From contig NC_088796.1 of assembly GCF_011386835.1 (NCBI RefSeq), forward strand, positions 107,632,001 through 107,696,000: DNA of 64,000 nucleotides, written 5' to 3'. The position numbers and the translations under genes were made by a program. Below the pieces are notes generated by a model that was not told the DNA's origin, ran no database searches, and worked only from the letters and a program-made list of their open reading frames with translations. Positions within the stretch are counted from its first letter, which is position 1, and each line of letters opens with the position of its first letter. This document shows, in pieces, positions 1 through 12,392 of the stretch. Origin of the DNA: Chrysemys picta bellii (taxonomy: Eukaryota).

Positions 1-239
1 CAGCTCCATCCACAGCCTCAGAAACAACTCTGACATTATAATCAAAGAGGCTGATAAAGGAGGTGCTGTAGTAATCAAGAGGTCGGCTTTTGAACAGGAG
101 GCTGCCAGGCAACTTTCCAACGCCACATTCAACAGGCCACTATCCTCTGATCCCACTGAGGAGTACCAAAAGAAACTACACCATATGCTCAACAAACTCC
201 CTGCTACAACAAATCTACACCGACACACCCCTAGAGCCC

Positions 240-1010
240 TGACCAGGAGTATTCTATCTGCTACCCAAGATCCATAAACCTGGAAATCCTGGACGCCCCA
301 TCATCTCAGGCATTGGTACCCTTACAGCAGGATTATCTGGCAATTTGGACTCTCTCCTCAGACCCTACGCTACCAGCAGCACTCCTAGCTATCTTCGAGA
401 CACCATGACTTTCTGAGGAAACTACAATGCATTGGTGATCTTCCTGAAAACATCATTCTGGTCACCATGAATGTAGAAGCTCTTTATACCAATATTCCAC
501 ACAAGGATGGATTACAAGCTGTCAGTAATAGTATCCCTGATGAGGCCACAGTACACCTGGTGGCTGAGCTTTTGTTACTTTGTCCTCACCCACAACCATT
601 TCAGATTTGGAGACAACTTATACCTTCAAGTCAGCGGCATTGCTATGGATACCCGCATGGCCTCACATATGCCAACATTTTTATGGCTGACTTAGAACAA
701 TGCTTCCTCAGCTCTTGAACCCTACCGCCCCTCCTCTACGTGTGCTACATTGATGACACCTTCATCATATGGACCCACGGGAAGGAAGCCCTTGAAGAAT
801 TCCACCTGGATTTCAACAATTTCAGCCCCACCGTCAACCTCAGCCTGGACCAGTCCACACAAGAAATCCACTTCCTGGACACTACCATGCAAATAAGTGA
901 TCGTCACATAAACTCCACGCTATACCAGAAACCTCCTGACAGCTATTCTTACCTACATGCCTCCAGCTTCTATCCAGGACACATCACATGATCCATTCTC
1001 TGCAGACAAG
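240..1010 (+). pseudogene. Penelope reverse transcriptase remnant with frameshifts and stops
   Basis: RT motifs are spread across several frames (ORFs 467-718, 507-695, 740-991). Confidence 0.9.
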
Positions 1011-1516
1011 CCCTAAGATACATCCGTATTTGCTCCAATCCCTCAGACAGAGACAAACACCTACAAGATTTTTATCAAACATTCTTAAAAACCACAAAAC
1101 CCACCTGAGGAAGTGAGGAAACAGATTGACAGAGCGAGACGGTACCCAGATGCCACCTACTACAGGACGGGCCCAAAAAGGAAAATAACAGAACACCACT
1201 GGCCATCACGTACAGCCCCCAGCTAAAACCTCTCCAGTACATCATCAATGATCTACAACCTATCTTGGAAAACGACCCCTCATTCTCACAGACCTTGGGA
1301 TGCAGGCCAGTCCTCGCTTACAGACAGCACCCCCAACCTGAAGCAAATACTCACCAGCAGCTACACTCCACACCACAGAAACACTAACCAGGAACCAATC
1401 ACTGTACCTAACCCAATTGCCTACTCTGTACCCATATCTACTCTAGCGACACCATCATAGGACCCAACCATATCAGCCACAACATCAGGTGCTCATTCAC
1501 CTGCACATCTACTAAT

Positions 1517-1792
1517 GTGATATATGCCATCATGTGCCAGCAATGCCCCTCCGCCATGTACATTGGCCAAACCAGACAGTCTCTAGGTAAAAGAATAAAT
1601 GGACACAAATCAGACCTCAGGAATGGTAACATACAAAAGCCAGTAGGAGAACACTTCAATCTTCCTGGACATTCAATAACAGATTTAAAAGTAGCCATCC
1701 TGCAACAAAAAAAGCCTCCAAAAACAGACTTCAAAGAGAAACTGCAGAGATACAATTCATTTGCAAACTTAACACCATTAATTTGGGCTTGA
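1517..1792 (+). pseudogene. Penelope GIY-YIG endonuclease remnant
   Basis: IYAIMCQQCPSAMYIGQTRQSLGKRINGHKSDLRNGNIQKPVGEHFNLPGH matches the GIY-YIG pattern IY-x-YIG...R...H. Confidence 0.92.
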
Positions 1793-1992
1793 ATAGGGAC
1801 TGGGAGTGTCAGGCTCACTACAAAAGCAATTTTCACTCTCTTGGTATTAACAGCTCCTCATCAATTATTGAGAGTGGACCACATTCACCCTGACTGAATT
1901 GGCCTTGTCATCATGGTTTTCCACTTGTAAGGTAACTCCCTTTTCTTCACATGCCAATATATTTATGCTTGTATCTGTAATTTTCACTCCAT

Positions 1993-2032
1993 GCATCTGA
2001 AGAAGTGGTTTTTTACCCACAAAAGCTTATGC
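1993..2032 (+). ncRNA. Degenerate minimal type-I hammerhead ribozyme motif in the Penelope pLTR (G12->A)
   Basis: GCAT-CTGAAGA-A-GTGG..CCAC-AAAA-GCT-T-ATGC. Stem I GCAT/ATGC is present, but the catalytic GAAA reads AAAA at 2021. Confidence 0.75.
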
Positions 2033-2150
2033 CCAAATAAATCTGTTAGTCTTTAAGGTGCCACTGGACTCTTTGTTGTTTTTAACCAAGGGAGTAGATA
2101 CCTGAGAGGTTAAGAGCCTAAAGCAGGTGCACCTGGTGACCCATGAGGAA

Positions 2151-2425
2151 TTGTTACCCTAAACTGTATGACTCCCAGTTTAACATGCAATCCAGATCAA
2201 TATGTATAAGTGGTCTGTTTTTAGCAATATTTACCATTCCATCAATCTGTGCATCATCTGCAAACTCTATCACAATTATTTTGTATTTTCTTCCAGATTG
2301 TTGATAAAAATATCGACTAGCATTTGGCCAAAAACTGATCCCTGTCGGGGACTCCACTAGAAACACTACCATTGGATTATGATTCCCCATTGTTTATTGA
2401 TATCTATCAGTTTTTAATCCTTTAA
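2151..2425 (-). mobile_element. CR1 LINE ORF2 fragment
   Basis: Minus-strand translation includes FADDAQIDGMVN, the CR1 RT FADD motif. Confidence 0.85.
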
Positions 2426-5030
2426 CTCTTAAACAAATATTTAATTAAATGTTTAATATTAAAAATAAAATGAACCCCTCCTTTTCACATAAAATTTGGC
2501 ATGTGTGATAAGAGAATCATTTTTCTTCTAGATGTAAAAAGCCAAATCCTTTGTTATGCATGGGTTTATGGGCTACAGGAAAAGATTGATACAGGGGATT
2601 TTCAGTGATGGTAAAAAATCCCATATATTTTTCATCCATATTTGACTTTACAGTCAGTTAGCCATGTAGATGACCCAATAACTAAAATGTGGATGGATTT
2701 AAAGTATCAATTGAATAAAAAATTACTCTTGGATTTAAATGAGTTAATAATAATGATTGTTATTAATAATTTGCACTTATATGGCTTTCCAGGTAGTGAT
2801 CTTGAAGCACTTGACAAGGTAGGTAAGTATCATCATCTCCATTGTTCTAATGTTAATCCCAAAGGGTGCATCATCTGTCACTAACTGTGCAGTATAAAAC
2901 AGCTCATTTTGTTTCCTTTCACTCACGGTGGAAGCAGAGCACAAAACAGTCCCTTTGGCATGTTCATCAAAACTGTGATCTGGCTGATTAAAATGCAGAA
3001 ATCCTGGCATTTGCCTTTTATCTGCAGTCCGTCATATCTGTATGATTTGAATCTCATTAACACTGTTTCCAGTTTCTCTTTAGAATTGTTTCCCACTTTA
3101 CAGGCAACTAATTAAACAGACACAACTTGAAGTATGGTGTGTAGATTTCTTGTGTAAATTTCTGTGAAAACATTTGAAAGCTGTCATCTTACGAGTACTG
3201 TAGTCTTCAAGCATAATTTGAGGGCATAGTGCACAATTTGGTGTTATTCAAAATTGCATTCCTTTGTGTGAAAATCAACTGATATTATATATTTTTGCAA
3301 AGTACATATGCACTCTATTTGATCTTCTCTTCGCTCCTCTCCCTTTTTCTGATCTCCCTGTTTGGAATAGGTTTTTTATTTTTTGCATTTGAATTTTGAA
3401 TTTCTCTACATTATTCTAGCTACTTTACTGCCTGTGCTTCATCACTCTTTAATTTCAGTTCTTATTTGAATTTTTGTTACTTGTCCTGCAGGATGCTGAA
3501 TATAAATACAATATTTGTCAGCTTTTTTTTTTCATATCTCTTCATCAATCTGTTTACTGTAAGTTCTACTGCAGTTGTCCATGAACTACTAGGTGCCAAC
3601 TTTTTTGAGTAGTTTGGCCACATAATCATAACAGCAATATAAACTCTTTCCAAACCTGGTGATTGTTAATAATCAATATGATCTTACAGTTAATAATTCA
3701 AATAGAGCTAATAGAAAATTATTGTCCCCCAATGATCCATGCACAGAGGGAGCCCACTACATGTGCATTCCTCTGTCTTCATGGAAGTAGGGGAAGTAGC
3801 AGCTTCACATCACCACACCCCTCTGTTGGGATTCTGTGCAGAGGAAATTCCTGAATTCTGAGGGGCAAGAGTGGGCAGAGCAGGGGAGAGTCCATTCTGT
3901 GCAGTATTGTCCTTTGCTGGGCACCCACATTTCTGCAAAGAAAACAATGGTTCACATTTCTTTTTGACCCATGACTTGAAGCTGAGAGATCTTCCAGGTG
4001 AAAGTACAGGCAGGACATAATAATAATAATAGTATGCTGAAAGCAGGACAGGGAGACCAAGGGTAAAAGAAGGAATTGCTTTTCCAGCCTTAAGGCTGAC
4101 CACAATGGTGCCTCCGCTGGGACTTCCTACAGGTGGAAGAACCTGCATGGAGGCTTGGTTGCTGCTTTTGTTTTTTGTCATCTCTGTTCAAAGCAAATAA
4201 TACTGGTGAGGGGAATCACTGTAAACTTCCTCCTGTGCAGCCAGCAGCAAGATGGATTCCATGCAAAAGACTCAGTCCAATGCGGTATGAGTAATTGCTA
4301 AGTAGTGCTGCATGCACTACTTGAACTCTCACTGAAGTTAATGGGAATTGAGGGTGGCCAGCACTTTTGGGGATTACACCCTTGGCTGGCTCAGAATATC
4401 ATAATTATTTTGCTGGTGGTGGTAGTGGTGAACATTCTAAAGGTTTTTAAATATTATTTTTCTCTTAGTCTCTCTGACCAATGTATACATGATTATTCCA
4501 TTTTTTATTTATTTATTTAAACCATTTTAAATGTAGAGATGAAGCCCAAACCAAGATCTGAACACTGCTTAATCTAGCTGCTCTGAATGGTGGGGTATTC
4601 AGAATCCAGATCTGTATCTAAATTTTGCAGCTTAATCATCCCGATTTTAAAGCATGTATTTTAATGGACAAATTCTCTGATTAATTTCATTAAAGTTACA
4701 TTCGCGAAGGATTCAGCTCAAAAGTATCCACTTCCAGTACATGTTAAAGCCAGTAAAATCCCTCAATTTGTATTTCATTACATAATATCAGTTACCTCAG
4801 TTGTAACTGTAACTGCTCTTTTCTTTCAATGCAAATCTTTTTCCCTCTAAAGAACACATAAATTGATGACTAAGCCGTAGGAGTAATACACAGAAATGGA
4901 AGAACAAACGCCACTCGAGTTCATCATTCATGAGCTCCTCTTAGAAAACATTTATCCTTCCAAGTTGTTATTTCTGTAGGTTTCTATGACATGATGGTAG
5001 GTAATAATGTTTACAAATCAAGAAATCATA

Positions 5031-5309
5031 GGGTATTTCTACACTGCAATAAAAAACATGCAGCACCAAGTCTCAGAGCCCAAGACTTGGGCCCAGGCTA
5101 TGGGGCTAAAAATTGTAGTGTAGACATTCAGGCTAAGGCTGGAGCCAAGGCTTTGAGACAGTCCCCCCTTTCAAGGTCTCCAAGCCCAGGCTCCAGCCCA
5201 GGCCCAAATATCTACATTGCAATTATATAGTTCCAGAGCCCAAGTCCCGCAAGCCCAAGGCGGCTGACCTGGGCCATCTGCAGCCATTCATAGAAGCATA
5301 GATGCACCC
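5031..5309. mobile_element. Non-autonomous PIF/Harbinger-like MITE
   Basis: Degenerate TIRs gggtatttctacact ... agcatagatgcaccc, plus an internal agtgtagac. Confidence 0.65.
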
Positions 5310-5562
5310 ATAGACAATAATGTAATGAAAGTTCCCAAAGGTGTTTAAAATTGCAATTTGACATAGAAACAGAAATTAGTATGCTCTCCCAAAAACTGAA
5401 CAGGGAATTATATGGCTTAAATATGAAAAAAAAAATGGTTGTGATAAATGATGCAATTATATCCCATAATGAGTAAAGGAAAAGACATAAAAGAAAGAAA
5501 TATAATGTCAAAAGTTTATAGCCTGTGTGGCAAATCTCTTAGTTAGGAAACCTACCTGATCT

Positions 5563-5675
5563 CTTCTGTATCACGGAAAAAGCAACAGAGAGTCCTGTGG
5601 CACCTTTAAGATTAACTGATGTATTGGAACATAAGCTTTCGTGGGTGAATACCCACTTCGTCAGACGTATCATGG
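5563..5675 (-). mobile_element. Isolated Penelope pLTR fragment
   Basis: Reverse complement matches the pLTR at 1993-2083 and 6871-6960 (cccacgaaagcttatg...aaggtgccacaggact). Confidence 0.9.
5629..5668 (-). ncRNA. Minimal type-I hammerhead ribozyme motif, intact core
   Basis: Minus strand: ACGT-CTGACGA-A-GTGGGT(ATTC)ACCCAC-GAA-AGCT-T-ATGT. Perfect 6-bp stem II, palindromic stem III AGCT, stem I with one G:U. Confidence 0.8.
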
Positions 5676-6790
5676 AAGAATCAGGAGGAAAATTCCTCAG
5701 AATAAATTAAGTAAAAATGGAGGAAAGCCTTCTGATTTTTTTTTAACTGTTACGCAGCATTTGCTGATGCGTAAAATTATCTCAGTCACTCATCAGCTCC
5801 AGTTTCCTGATATCATTTTTGATTTTCTAATGTAAACAGAAGTCTTTCACCTTCCACTCTCATTTTAATCCTACCATATAATGCTTGAGCAAAATCTCAC
5901 GGCCCCTTAGCTAGACAAGATAATAATTCATATGTATTTTGGATTAATATAGGATTAACATGTTGTGAGAGTGCTATTACCTTCAGCATACATTGCTCTC
6001 ACATATAGTCCCTGTTCGTCTGTGTTCCTAGCAGTACCCTTTGGGGCAGGAGACTGAAGCAAATCGCTATTTTGCCTATGCCTGATAACCAGGCTGTCAC
6101 ACCAATATTACCTACTTCTGGCCATGTCCCTCTCCTTGTACAGTACTTGGCACAATGGGGTCCTGGTCTCATTGGAGCCAGTAGGTGGTATTGTAATTAA
6201 ATTTACAGAACTTAAAAGATGTTAAACATCTAACTATAATCTTACTAGAAAGTCTGGGGAAGCTATTCTATTACCTTAATTACAAAATGGAAAATAAATA
6301 ATGCAGTTGGAGTTGTTAGCAATCAATTATACTCTTGGAATCTATGACTGTGTAACCCTCTCTGGGACCGTTTGTGTCTCTTTATAAAATGACCACCTCT
6401 TCCTAGCTCTTCCCTGAGGCAGAATGTTCCCTTTCTCTGGAAATCAGTTTATATGGGGAAACATCCCATCTTGCTAATAGCTGTTTGCTCTCAGGTAATT
6501 CAGAAATTCCTTTCTGAGTTTCCACTTGTGCTCTTTAATGCTTCAATATTCTGGAAAAAAGCAGTTACTGGAGTTATTTCTGTGGACGAGCTCTTCTATA
6601 GACACTTGAGAGCAACTTGATGATATCCAGATGATATTGGTAAGGGCTGGGAGTTTTTTGTTATCAGTATTATTAGTATTATAGTAGTCCCTATAGGCCC
6701 CAACAGTATTGAGGCCACATTTTGCTCAGCCCTGTACAATCACAGTGATGAGAGACCGACCCTGCCCCAAAGATATTACATTTTAAATAG

Positions 6791-7002
6791 CAACAGAGGG
6801 TCCTGTGGCACCTTTGAGACTAACAGAAGTACTGGGAGCATAAGCTTTCGTGGGTAAGAACCTCACTCTTGCATCTGAAGAAGTGAGGTTCTTACCCACG
6901 AAAGCTTATGCTCCCAGTACTTCTGTTAGTCTCAAAGGTGCCACAGGACCCTCTGTTGCTTTTTACAGATTCAGACTAACACGGCTACCCCTCTGATACT
7001 TG
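6791..7002 (+). mobile_element. Short Penelope pLTR insertion with an inverted partial pLTR
   Basis: Perfect 79-bp inverted arms 6789-6867 and 6882-6960; 13-bp direct repeat ACATTTTAAATAG at 6778-6790 and 7003-7015. Confidence 0.92.
6871..6911 (+). ncRNA. Minimal type-I hammerhead ribozyme motif, intact core
   Basis: GCAT-CTGAAGA-A-GTG(A)GGT(TCTT)ACCCAC-GAA-AGCT-T-ATGC; predicted cleavage after T6907 (CUU triplet). Confidence 0.8.
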
Positions 7003-8085
7003 ACATTTTAAATAGACACAGCAAAGAATGGGAGAAAGGGAGTGTTATCCCCATTTTCAAATGGATAAAGGAAGCACATAACTGGGAGTTTCATACACTA
7101 TTGAAAGACTTAGGCCCCTTTGAATGTCCCAGTCAGAGAAAGTCAATGGGATTTAGGCTTCTAACTGCCTAAATAGCTTTTGTAAAATGGGAATTAGCTG
7201 TCTAAATCACGTAGGCCTTTCCATGTTGAGCAGAGCAATGCCTGTATACCTTTATAAATCAACCCTTGCATCACTTGCCCAAGATCACACAGAAAGCCTG
7301 TAGGAAATGGGGGAGTTTAATCCTAATTCCAGTCCAGTGCCTTAACTGCAAGATAAACCCTGTTAAATTTTATCAGCAGCTGTAGGCAAAAATCCTTCAT
7401 AAATTTCCCCGCCTGGGTGTATTCACTTCTACACCAGCATTCCAGTACCTGGTGACAGTTGCCTTTGTGTACAGTGGGACGCCTCCAACCTCAAAGAGGA
7501 ACTAACATTTTTCAGTTTGAAATTTTTTACTTTTAATAGTTAATGTGAGATTCTGTCTTTTTTTTTTTAACATGCAAAATCTAACTGCAAACTTCAGTAG
7601 AGATAGACCCAAACTGCTTAATTGTAGAGATTTTGAAAGCCACTCCCACTTCCAAAGTAACAAACACAGATCTAAAAGGTGCAGTAGTGTTGTTCTGGGA
7701 TCTAGGCCCCTCATTGAGACCTTATTTGTATCAATACATTATGCAATACGTAATGAATGCATAAACAGTAAGGTATTACTGCAAATTACTGATTTTTTTT
7801 TCTTTTGCTAGATTTGAGAGGAATCTCCAAGCCCTTTCACATCAGGGTCAGCAATTTTAGAAGAACAGGAGAATGTTTTAATATGGGAAGAAGCTGTGAC
7901 AGCCTCTTACATGGTACACCAGAAAGTGGTGAAGTGGTTATATCACATGTCACTAATGACTGAACTTTTCTGGCCAACTTATGAAGCATCATCAGTGTGT
8001 TCCTGAGAGAACCATTCTATCTTTCCTCAGGGATTTGTGAGAGGTTGCTATCTTGCAGGGCCCTTTGACATAGAGAAGAAATAAA

Positions 8086-8157
8086 GGACCTGATACAAAG
8101 CTCACTGGAGTCAATGGAAAGATTTTCATTGATTTCAATGGACATTTGATCAGATCC
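8086..8157. repeat. Old palindromic short repeat with a (t)gaagtcaatggg core; related copies appear near 7130, 20050, 21480, 32990, 44000, 45620 and 60950
   Basis: Imperfect inverted arms ggacctgatacaaag..gtcaatggaaa / tttcattgatttcaatg..gatcagatcc. Confidence 0.6.
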
Positions 8158-8559
8158 AAAAGGAGAAAATCAGGGAATACCATATGACACCCCACACTCT
8201 CCCTCCCTCCCACTTTCATCCCAGCAGCTGGTCCTGGTTTGTGAGTTAGACTGTATTTGGTACAAAATTGTATCCCATCAGTGAGAAAAAAGGAATATTT
8301 GGTAAAGTAAACCAGACTTGTTTTGCCTTTCTGGAGTAATATAAACATCATTGCCCACTGGAAACGTACTATATTGCTGTAGGGAATTTAAGGCAAAACA
8401 ATTTCCCTTTGTAACTTTTGCTGGAGAGAAATTCATTTTAACTCAGCATATCCAATAAATTCCACAATTCTTTCCTGTGGTGAAACTAGTGAGTATTACC
8501 AATCATAGCCCCACACAAACTCTTTTTGTTCAGATGAAAACCTCTAGCAAATAAATCAT

Positions 8560-9080
8560 GTCACTTGGGCAGTGATGTTGCTTGTGGGTGATAGAGAGCT
8601 GCACTCAAGAGCGGGTGCCAATGAAGGATTGTATAAGTCCTTCCCAAGCATCCCAGTGCATAGGGTGTGTGCTAGATAGTGCAGCTTTCTATCCCCATTG
8701 ACCCTGGTCCAACCACTGGCTGGTGAAGAAAGAGGGTGTGGACCAATGCTTTCTCCCTGCCTCTCTCCACCCTGTCTGAGGGAAATGATGCCCACGCCCA
8801 CAGGCACACACAGAGAGAACAGTGTTTGTGTTCTCCTGACTATGGGGACTATGACTTTGACTGGTAGAACTTTAAGATTCCCTCTGAGGAGTGTCCTCTG
8901 CACTGTTCCATCTAGGTGGGAGAGGCCACATCTCCTCCCAGCTCTAAGAGGGCAGGAATTCATGGGGAAGGACCTCCTTTGAAGCAAGGAACTCTCTTGC
9001 TGAGATGGTCCCCCTCTTCCAGGAAGCACTTCTCCTATAGGAACCTGGCTGCCCTTGTCTTGATCCCCCTGAGACACAGC
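8560..9080 (-). mobile_element. Possible heavily decayed Gypsy gag/protease fragment
   Basis: Minus strand has a degenerate zinc-knuckle-like stretch (CFK.G...MNSCP) followed by a protease-like ..DG..QRTLLRG; weak evidence. Confidence 0.25.
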
Positions 9081-11689
9081 ATTAGTTGTGGAGCAGATCC
9101 TGAGGGCCCTAATATAGCTTTATCCAGCTTCAGCATGGGCACGTGGGAGTAGGATGGGGAATGATGCTGTAATACATCACACCCATCCCAGTCCCACATA
9201 CTTTTGAAGGGTTTGATTGACGGGGCAAGGGGAGGGGGAATTATGTTTGGAGGTGTGGCACATACATACGCTTCTATGGAATGGGAGGATATCCACACAC
9301 AGAGGGTTATCATGAAGATAAGATGGGGAGTAGAAAAGATCTCCAGAATTTAAGAGAGCAGAAGAAGGGGCTTGCATTCCTTTAGCTGTCACATTAGTTA
9401 ACTTTACACTTTTAAATTAGAAGAAAATTATATGAGAACTCAAACATTAGTGCTATGTCAGTTCAAGCATCCCCATTCACTTTTACATTCTGTCTCTGTT
9501 GGAGGTCTCAAATGCAACATGATTTCAAATAAATTTATAATAATAAAGAGCTGCAAAGGGTTGTAGGATTATGCATGTGTAATTGGCTATCTATCATTTA
9601 CAAAACAAGTATAACTGAAGCAGATCCAAATTACAGAGGATTTGTCAGGATCTGGTAAGAGCATGATTAATGGGTTGTTTATCCTGACCCTAAGGCTTGA
9701 TTGGAGTCATAATGTGTAATAAAAATAAGGATTATCATGTAATAGTGACACAGCAATAATGTTAAACTAAGGGCTGAAGAGAAAAAACAACATGAGCAGA
9801 TTCGGTACTTCCTGCATATTCTTCTGAGGAGAAAGGGATTGAAAACAGTGCTTACTTGAAAAATTACTATTCTTTACCTTATTAACTGTAAGCAAACCGT
9901 TCAAGCTAATTTCACTACATGATATGATAAGCATACAAAGAGAAAAATGAGATTGTTTGGAATAACCAATTGTAATTTTGAAAGGAGGAAAGGGGAGGCA
10001 TAGATTGTATGAAAACCTACATTAATATCACAAAAGCACAGTAAGCAAAACCAGGCATTCAACTAGGCAGTTCATAACAGAGTGATACCTTTTGGGGTAT
10101 AGGAATAAAGATGTACATGACAGATGTAATCCTGCTACTCTTATGGTTTAGGGCCCCTCAGTATCATTTATATAAAATAGATAAGTAGCAGCACTACTTC
10201 ACATCTTGTCTAGTCTAATGGAAACTTATAATTTATTACGTGTGATCTCAGGAGGATATAATAAAAAAAACTTTGCAAAATTGTCATGTGGTGTAAAATT
10301 TGTATTCATGGGAGATACAGAGCGAGAGATCTGTGCATGTCTTCCTTTCATTTCAAGGAGATAGACAGCTCACGATCACTATACCACAGACATCGCAAAT
10401 GAATAGTAAAGTCTAGTACAAGGCATAATACCATAGCAGCCATTTATTACATTATCAATTAAAATTTAGAGAAGACAGTGATCCAGAAAGTCATATTCAC
10501 AGTACATATTCCTGACATAGTTTCTGATCAGCTTCCCTGGATATGTTATGTGTTATTTTAATTGGATCAGGAACTGGTTCTGCAGTAAGCCAAAACACAG
10601 GTTTTTTTATACACTATAGTTCTCTGTGTGTAATGTCTACAAAACATTGACATATGAAAAGAAATGTATTCAGCACCACCAGTACAGAAGGAGGTTATAT
10701 GAGCTACTGTCCATGTACATTGGTATATTGATACAGAGACAAAGCATTGAAGGTAATGTTTCATGAAACTCTCAATCCCTGCTGCAGCACAAGGCAGCTA
10801 ATTGTTCTTCTGGGAATCCAGCTGCAACTACTGTTAGTTAATGTAGTTTTTTTTTTTAAATCTGCAGAAACCAATTGAAACTATTTATGAAGATAAATCT
10901 GTCGCCCAAGTGTCAGACCTAGTTGATAGCTGATACAATTCAGAGGCATTGGCAAAGCAAAATAAATTCTGTTTTCATTAAAACAGTCTTGGTCTGGTTT
11001 TAATGAGAAAAATAATCTCTCTACTTTTGAAAGTGCAAATAACAGAGGTTTGAAGCTTTCTCTGATCAAAGAGTGAGAGGGGACAATTGCGCTAGAGGTG
11101 AGAGCTAGCTTGAGGTTTCTGATAGAGCATTACTGAGCGGCAGTGAGGATGAGAGTCCCTGCCTGAAAAAGAGTAGTTCTGCTTGGGAAAAAAAATAGCT
11201 GTATTAAGTACTATATTACAGAGCTTGCCCATAAATACCCTTCAAAAGCAATAATCTCTAGGGTTGGCAGATAAATCTTGAAGATACTTAGCATTTAGTT
11301 GTTATTGTGAAGCTCTTTGAAGTGGGTCACAGCTAGAAAACTAGTGTAGTGTCTTAACCCTCTGGGGAGCTAGCAGGTGCATTTCTGTCATATGGTGTGA
11401 TTTGAGTGTAGGCGACTATGGTTGAAATGGAAGTGTGGAGTTATTGGATCTCAACATGCTAAGCTAGGGGTTACATCTCGGAGAAGGAAAACCTAATGAG
11501 AAAATGTTTGCGTGACCTATAACTGTTCAGCTGCCACACTAAGTGGCTTTGGACAATGATTTAGTGGGTAATAGCTCTGGATTTCAGACATAGTATCGGC
11601 GTGGGTGGAGCTGGTTCAGTAAGACATTGAGGCAAGAAGGCAGTATCTTCAAACTATTTCCTAGGTATATTATACTTCACATTTATTTT

Positions 11690-12030
11690 ATGCCTTTCAT
11701 CCTAAATAATCACACAGAGCCCTAGACTTTCTATATGGACCATACAGAGCCATTGCAAGGCATTCCCCTTTCTGGGACAGAGGGCAACAACCAACTTGCA
11801 TAGAACAGTGCGAAGGAGGGGCCAATTTTGGCCATGGACCCTTGGACAAATTCCTGTTCTTATGAGGAGTAGCCCTAGGGTCTTTAATATCCACTTATAG
11901 CAGACAGGACCTTGGATTTTAAGCTGTCATATAAAGGATCGGATACCCAGTGCTTAATTTTTCTGTCTGGGAAAGATGAAAGTTTGAGTTGACCCTGCTG
12001 GGATGTAAACCTGTGGTTCTAATGATTCTA
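11690..12030 (+). mobile_element. Ancient SINE remnant, possibly Deu-domain/AmnSINE-like
   Basis: ttcttatgaggagtagccctagggtctttaatatccac...caggaccttggattttaagctgtcat resembles my recollection of the Deu-SINE core (gccatgggatctttaatgaccac...caggacctcggttt..gtctcat). Confidence 0.35.
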
Positions 12031-12324
12031 GCTTTTCCCAGTTTAATGCTCCTTAACTATCTATTGCTACTGAATTTCAATAATTAATCTCCACTATATA
12101 TATTTGTATATATATATATAGAGAGAGAGAGATAGAAAAGGTTAGTGCCCAAAGCATTGTGTTCCTTTGTACTGCATGCTGCACAAACCCACATATAAAA
12201 TCCCTGCCCTGAAGAGCTTACAGTCTAATATACCATTTACTGTCAGTTCAAACCAGCTATGTAACATTTGTCAGAAGCACAATAGAAATAGAGTTTCTCC
12301 TTTTCTTCTAAGTATACTTGGTCC

Positions 12325-12392
12325 TGATTCAGTGCAGGGGGTTGGGCTAGATGACCTCTCATGTCCCTTCAAATCCTATATTTCTGAGAGTA
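12325..12392 (+). mobile_element. CR1/SINE 3' tail fragment
   Basis: gggctagatgacctctcatgtcccttcaaatcctatatttctgaga, a CR1 3' terminus. Confidence 0.7.

Larger units (their letters stand above)
1..2083 (+). mobile_element. Penelope-like retroelement (probably Neptune-type), 5' end outside the window, decayed
   Basis: RT motifs ([22 protein letters not shown] ~250-320; YANIFMADLE; YIDDTFIIW ~746-772), a Cys-rich linker, then a GIY-YIG endonuclease (IYAIMCQQCPSAMYIGQT) and a 3' pLTR ending ...aaggtgccactggactctttgttgttttt. Confidence 0.95.

Noticed and set aside
11470-11500. cggagaaggaaaac, resembling an RTE-clade 5' motif
   Set aside because: Too short, with no RTE ORF or ribozyme fold identifiable nearby.
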